From positions 3,946,482-4,010,481 of the forward strand of contig CAVUMT010000001.1 in assembly GCA_963742595.1 (NCBI GenBank): a stretch of 64,000 nt of DNA, given 5' to 3'. The DNA comes from an uncultured Acidobacteriota bacterium (lineage in GTDB: Bacteria; Acidobacteriota; Vicinamibacteria; Fen-336). Numbering within the stretch: the first letter of the stretch is position 1; every line of letters starts with the position of its first letter. Below, one piece after another: positions 58,479 through 64,000 of the stretch. Below the pieces are notes generated by a model. The model was not told the origin of the DNA. It ran no database searches and was given only the letters and a program-made list of their open reading frames with translations. Made by a program: the position numbers and the translations under genes.

Positions 58479-59534
58479 ATGCGTAGAAGAACGCGGAGCG
58501 TCCGCATCGCCCTCGTCGGATTTGGAAACGTCGGCCGAGCGTTCGTCTCGAAGTTGCGGGGTTCGTATCACGACGCCCTCCGACAGGAGGGCGTCGCCCT
58601 GAAGGTGACCGGCCTTGCCACTCGCACGCACGGGATCGCCATCGACTCGCGCGGTCTCGACGTTCGGTCCGTCCTTCGCGAGGTCCGAGCCGGTCGCTCT
58701 CTCGCCGCGTTCCACCGTGGCCGCCCTTGCGCGTCGACCCGCCGTTTCATCGAGACCGTACCCGCCGACGTGCTGGTCGAGCTGACGACGCTGGATCCGC
58801 GGCGCGGGGAGCCGGCGACGACTCACGTCAGGATGGCACTGAAACGGGGCGTGCATGTAATCACCGCCAACAAAGGACCAGTGGCATACGCCCTTCCGAG
58901 CCTTCGTGCGCTGGCCCGACGCAAGAGCCGCTTGTTCCTGCACGAAGGCTCGGTGCTTGACGGCGCCCCCGTCTTCAACCTGGTGGAGCGCTGCCTGCCC
59001 GGGGTGAAGGTGCTGTCGTTCCGGGGGACGCTCAACGGCACCACGAGCCTCGTCCTCTCGAGGATGGAGGACGGGCTGTCCGCGGAGGAAGCCCTGCGCG
59101 AGGCGCAGAGGCTCGGCATCGCGGAGGCGGATCCGAGGCTGGACGTCGACGGCTGGGACGCGGCCGTCAAGGGCTGCGCGCTCGCCCACGCGTTGTGGGG
59201 AATCCGCGTGGCCCCCCGGCGGGTGCGTCGAACGGGCATCGGACGCCTCACGCGGAGCGACGTCCGTCGCGCGGTGCTTCACGGCGGGCGAGTGCGCCTG
59301 GTGGTCCGGGGCACGCGCGTGGGACGACGGGCCCGGCTCGGGGTGCGTCCGGAGAGGATCCCCCTCGGGGACCCTCTCGCCGGCGTCGGTGGAGACTCCG
59401 CTCTCGTGCTGACCACGGATCTCGCCGGAGAGATCGCCGTCGTGGAGCGCGGGGGGACCGTCGACCAGACCGCGTACGCCATCCTGTCCGACCTCCTGAC
59501 CATCGTCCGCTCGACTCGAGGAGAGCACTCATGA
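58479..59534 (+). CDS. hom: Homoserine dehydrogenase (short form, no ACT domain)
   Basis: GFGNVG, VITANKGP, LNGTT, EADP..DVDGWDAAVK. Confidence 0.88.
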   Translation: MRRRTRSVRIALVGFGNVGRAFVSKLRGSYHDALRQEGVALKVTGLATRTHGIAIDSRGLDVRSVLREVRAGRSLAAFHRGRPCASTRRFIETVPADVLVELTTLDPRRGEPATTHVRMALKRGVHVITANKGPVAYALPSLRALARRKSRLFLHEGSVLDGAPVFNLVERCLPGVKVLSFRGTLNGTTSLVLSRMEDGLSAEEALREAQRLGIAEADPRLDVDGWDAAVKGCALAHALWGIRVAPRRVRRTGIGRLTRSDVRRAVLHGGRVRLVVRGTRVGRRARLGVRPERIPLGDPLAGVGGDSALVLTTDLAGEIAVVERGGTVDQTAYAILSDLLTIVRSTRGEHS

Positions 59535-60850
59535 AGCGTCGCGGGGCCGTCCTTCTCGCCGGCCTGGTGTCCGCCTCCGGAGTCGCGGGCGCGGAGACGG
59601 TCGTCCTCCGAGCGTCCCGTCTGGTCGACGGCCGCGGCGGCCCTCCGCTCGCCCCCGCCATGGTTCGCATCGAAGGCGAGACGATCGCCGAGGTGGGCCG
59701 GCAGCTCACCGTCCCCTCGGGGGCGCGCGTCATCGATCTCGGGAGCGCGACGCTCCTCCCCGGCTTGATCGACCTCCATACGCACCTGACGGACCGCTTC
59801 GGCGGGCACTGGGAGCAGCTCCTCGTCTCGACCACCCCCGGCCACGCCGCGATCTGGGGCGTCAAGAACGCCCGCGACACCCTGATGGCCGGATTCACCA
59901 CCTGTCGCGACATGGGCCCGACGTGGCCCTACGTGGACGTGGACCTGCGCAAGGCCATCGACGATGGCGCCGTGCCCGGCCCGCGGCTCCAGGTCGCGGG
60001 GAACTACGTCTCCTCGACGGGAGGCGCGGGAGACGCGCGGCAGTTCTCGATCTACGTGGACGTCCCCATCGTGCGCAACCTCGCGGACGGCCCGGACGAG
60101 ATCGTCAAGGCCGTCCGCACGAACTTCAAGAACGGCGCCGATTTCGTGAAGCTCCTGGCGACGGGAGCCGTGCTCTCCGTCGGCATCGAGCCCGCCCGCC
60201 AGCAATACTCGGAGGCGGAGATCCGGGCCGCCGTGGGGGAGGCGACACGGTGGGGGCGCCCGACCGCGGCCCACGCGCACGGTGCTTCCGGGATCAAGGC
60301 GGCGATCCGCGCCGGGGTCCGCACGATCGACCACGGGTCGTATCTCGACGACGAGGCGATCGCCTTGCTGAAGGACTCGATGCGGAAGGGCGCCGCCACG
60401 TACTTCGTCCCGACACTCTGCCCCATGGCCGACTTCGAGGCGGAGGGAGCGGGCCGCCACATCCCGCCTTCGGAGCTGGAGCGCGACCGCAAGGTCCAGG
60501 GGATCGCGGAGGCGGCCTTCCGGCGGGCCCTCGCCGCCGGGCTCCCCATCGGCCTCTCCACGGACTCCGGAGTCATCCCCCACGGGCGCAACGCCCACGA
60601 GCTCGTGGTGCGCGTGCGCCTCGGGGAGACCCCGATGTCCGCGATCGTCTCCGCAACCCGGGTCAACGCCGAGATCCTCGGCTGGGACGACCGCGTGGGT
60701 ACGGTGGAGGCGGGGAAGTGGGCCGACATCGTGGCGGTGCCGGGCGATCCAGTGTCGGACATCACCCTCGTGGAGCGGGTGCGGTTCGTGATGAAGGGCG
60801 GCGTCGTCCACCGCGACGAGCTGTCGGGCGGGCAGGACGGGAGGAGGTAG
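59531..60850 (+). CDS. Exported metal-dependent amidohydrolase (Xaa-Pro dipeptidase-like)
   Basis: Signal peptide; [39 protein letters not shown]. Confidence 0.88.
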   Translation: MKRRGAVLLAGLVSASGVAGAETVVLRASRLVDGRGGPPLAPAMVRIEGETIAEVGRQLTVPSGARVIDLGSATLLPGLIDLHTHLTDRFGGHWEQLLVSTTPGHAAIWGVKNARDTLMAGFTTCRDMGPTWPYVDVDLRKAIDDGAVPGPRLQVAGNYVSSTGGAGDARQFSIYVDVPIVRNLADGPDEIVKAVRTNFKNGADFVKLLATGAVLSVGIEPARQQYSEAEIRAAVGEATRWGRPTAAHAHGASGIKAAIRAGVRTIDHGSYLDDEAIALLKDSMRKGAATYFVPTLCPMADFEAEGAGRHIPPSELERDRKVQGIAEAAFRRALAAGLPIGLSTDSGVIPHGRNAHELVVRVRLGETPMSAIVSATRVNAEILGWDDRVGTVEAGKWADIVAVPGDPVSDITLVERVRFVMKGGVVHRDELSGGQDGRR

Positions 60851-60879
60851 GGCTTCGGACCGAGAGTGTTACGTTTCGT

Positions 60880-60897
60880 ACTCGTTCCGGAACGAGT
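60880..60897. terminator. Perfect 18-bp palindrome between convergent genes (possible terminator)
   Basis: ACTCGTTCCGGAACGAGT; only a weak U-tract. Confidence 0.3.
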
Positions 60898-60943
60898 TTC
60901 CACAGCATTTCCACACGAGCTGAATGATGTCCCGGCGACCCGC

Positions 60944-61696
60944 CTAACGCTTCGCGACTTGCTCCACCGCCTTCAACGTCCCCGCCACCCCGAGCCTTGA
61001 CGTGTCCACGGTGTAGGCGGCCTGCGCGTAGAGCGGCTCGCGGGCGGCCAGTAGCCGTCGCAGCTCCGCCATCGCCTGCGGCCGGGCCTCCATTGGCCGG
61101 CGGTCGCCCTGCTGGACGACGCGGTTCCAGTGGTCCTCGGGCCGGGCGCGCAGCCAGACGGTCAGCGCACGCTGCCGGAGGAGCGGCGTAGCGTCTCCGG
61201 GCGAGTGACGATGCCGCCGCCCGGTGGCGAGGACGAGCGGGCCGTCCTCGCCGAGGATGTGCTCGAGCGTGCTCCGCTCCAGGCGGCGGTAGTAGGCCTC
61301 GCCGTGCAAGGCGGAAGATCTCGGCGAGGGGGAGGCCCGCCGCCTCCTCGATGCGCCGGTCCAGCTCGACGAACGGCACGCGGAGCCGCCGGGCGAGGCG
61401 CCGCCCGATCGTGGTCTTGCCCGCGCCGCGGAGGCCGAGGAGCGCGATGGTGCGAGGGGCAGCGCGACTCGTCCCCGGTCCGGCGAGGAGCGCGGCGGGC
61501 GGTCGTGCCGAGGGCGCGCGCGAGGCTGGCCGAGCTCGCCGCACCGAGATGTTGCCGCGGCCCGCTCTCCACCTGCGACGAGGAAGCGCTCGGAGAGGCC
61601 GGACTGCGCGGCCAGCTCCCGCAGGGAGAGCTCGCGCCCGTCCGCGCGCGCGCGCACCCGGCGGCCCAGGTCGGCCAGGAGTCGGTCGGTCGCCAT
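60944..61696 (-). CDS. bzdR: BzdR/BoxR-type regulator (XRE HTH + shikimate-kinase-like domain; frameshifted)
   Basis: [56 protein letters not shown]. Confidence 0.88.
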   Translation of the reverse strand: MATDRLLADLGRRVRARADGRELSLRELAAQSGLSERFLVAGGERAAATSRCGELGQPRARPRHDRPPRSSPDRGRVALPLAPSRSSASAARARPRSGGASPGGSACRSSSWTGASRRRRASPSPRSSALHGEAYYRRLERSTLEHILGEDGPLVLATGRRHRHSPGDATPLLRQRALTVWLRARPEDHWNRVVQQGDRRPMEARPQAMAELRRLLAAREPLYAQAAYTVDTSRLGVAGTLKAVEQVAKR

Positions 61697-61701
61697 CGTC
61701 A

Positions 61702-61776
61702 GCACTATAGTGCAGTACAGCCATGAGGATCAAGCACTATAGTGCTTGACACCGTCCTGGAGACCTCGGATAGCCT
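61702..61776. promoter_or_regulatory. Twin palindromic operators and divergent promoters of bzdR/boxC
   Basis: GCACTATAGTGC at 61702-61713; TCAAGCACTATAGTGCTTGA at 61730-61749; TTGACA 61746-61751; TAGCCT 61771-61776. Confidence 0.75.
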
Positions 61777-61784
61777 GGGGTTTC

Positions 61785-63454
61785 ATGGAACACGACCGCC
61801 GCCGCAACCGGCTCCCGTCCGCTTCGAGACCCACCCCGACGCGCTACGTCCACTGGAGGCTCGAGATCGAGCCCCCGGTGGCGCGCCTCGTCATGGACGT
61901 CCAGGAGGATCGGCCCCTCCGTCCGGGCTATCCCGCTGAAGCTCAACAGCTACGACCTCGGGGTCGACATCGAGCTCGCGGACGCCGTCCAGCGCCTGCG
62001 CTTCGAGCACCCCGAGGTGCGGGCGGTGGTCGTGACGCAGCGGCAAGGACCGGATCTTCTGCTCGGGCGCCAACATCTACATGCTCGGGCACCTCCACGC
62101 ACGCCTTCAAGGTCAACTTCTGCAAGTACACGAACGAGACGCGGCTCTCCCTCGAGGACGCGTCCGCGACACTCCGGGCTCAAGTCCCTCGCCGCGGTGA
62201 ACGGCGCGTGCGCGGGCGGCGGCTACGAGCTCGCCCTCGCCTGCGACGAGATCCTGCTCGTGGACGACGCGCGCTCGGCGGTGAGCCTCCCCGAGGTCTC
62301 GCTGCTGGGCGTGCTGCCCGGGCACGGGCGGCCTCACGCGCGTCGCGGACAAGCGCAAGGTGCGCCGCGACCTCGCCGACGTCTTCTCGAGCCTCGGCGA
62401 GGGCGTGAAGGGCAAGCGCGCGGTGCAGTGGCGGCTCGTGGACGAGACGGTTCCGCTCTCGCGGTTCGCGGCTCGCGTCCCCGAGAAGGCGCGAGGCGCT
62501 GGCCGAGCGCTCGCCCGAGAAGACGGGACCGGGCGTCGACGCTCGCTCCGCTCGGAGGACGGTACTCCGACGAGGGCGTCGAGCACCGCTACGTGTCACG
62601 CTCAGGATCGACGCCGCGCAGCGCGTGGCGCGGGCTCACGCGTGCGCGGCCCCGAAGGCGGACGAGCCCAGCGACGGCCGCGGCGATGCGCGAGCGGGGC
62701 AGCGGAGCTGTGGGCCCTGCGCGCCTTCCGCGAGCTGGACGACGTCGCTCCTCGACCTGCGCTTCAACCGGCCGGAGATCGGCGTCGTCGTCCTCCGACG
62801 CGAGGGCGACGCCGTCCGCGTCCTCGCCGTGGACGCCGCCCTCGACGAAGGCAAGGACGACTGGTTCGTGAACGAGGTCCGCCAGCACATGAAGCGCGTC
62901 CTCAAGCGCCTCGACCTCACGGCACGCAGCTTCTTCGCGGTGATCGACCAAGGGTCGTGCTTCGCGGGATCGCTCTTCGAGCTCGCGCTCGCCGCGGACC
63001 GCGTCCTACATGCTCGCGACGGACGGAGGGCCCGATGGTCGCGCTCTCCGCGATGAACCGCGGCCCGCTGCCCATGTCGAACGGCCTCACGCGCCTCGCC
63101 ACGCGCTTCCTGGGCGAGCCGGAGAAGGCGAGCGGCGAGGCGGACGGCGAGCCCCTGGACGCGGAGGCCGCCCTCGCCGCCGGGCTCGTGACCTTCGCCC
63201 CCGACGAGATCGACTGGGAGGACGAGGTCCGGCTCGCCATCGAGGAGCGGGCGAGCCTCTCGCCCGACGCGCTCACGGGGATGGAGGCGAACCTTCGCTT
63301 CGCGGGCCCGGAGACGATGGAGACCAAGATCTTCGGGCGGCTCTCCGCCTGGCAGAACTGGATCTTCCAGCGCCCGAACGCGGTGGGGGAGCGCGGCGCG
63401 CTCACCCTCTACGGCAAGCCGGAGCGTCCGCGATTCAGCTGGACGCGCACGTAG
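61785..63454 (+). CDS. boxC: 2,3-epoxybenzoyl-CoA dihydrolase (many frameshifts)
   Basis: RYVHWRL, LKLNSYDLGVDIELADAVQRLRFEHP, AFKVNFCKYTNETR, GMEANLRF.GPETMETKIFGRLSAWQNWIFQRPNAVG. Confidence 0.93.
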
Positions 63455-63469
63455 GAGAGGTCAGCCGAA

Positions 63470-64000
<531 letters not shown>

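Overview
64 kb of a very GC-rich bacterial chromosome. Marker families (duplicated orphan ABC permease, acidobacterial-type VWA protein, Ser/Thr kinase-TolB-like-TPR) suggest Acidobacteria, possibly Vicinamibacteria-like; this is an inference. Many genes carry single-base indels that look like long-read consensus errors, so several CDS calls are reconstructed across frames. Content in order: nadK(partial)-tlyA-ispA-xseB-xseA; HtrA; two sigma-54 two-component systems; a receiver/LOV-like/PAS/degenerate-kinase protein; ymdB; a Ser/Thr kinase; an accessory block (TPR-CHAT protease, FabI-like SDR, zf-HC2 anti-sigma, ECF sigma, secreted delta-60 repeat protein); sugar kinase/epimerase; ADOP permease; DGPF protein; PP2C-hsp20-lon; a WYL regulator; DUF4388 proteins; a lysine 6-aminotransferase operon; a split suf Fe-S cluster with an Rrf2 regulator; and the start of a box (aerobic benzoyl-CoA) cluster with BzdR/BoxR. 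The best candidate for an undescribed system is the 19.3-27.7 kb ECF sigma/anti-sigma/CHAT module: the same G(G/A)AAC-N17-GTCNAA promoter motif precedes the CHAT protease, the SDR and the secreted protein. No rRNA, tRNA, CRISPR array or transposase was seen.
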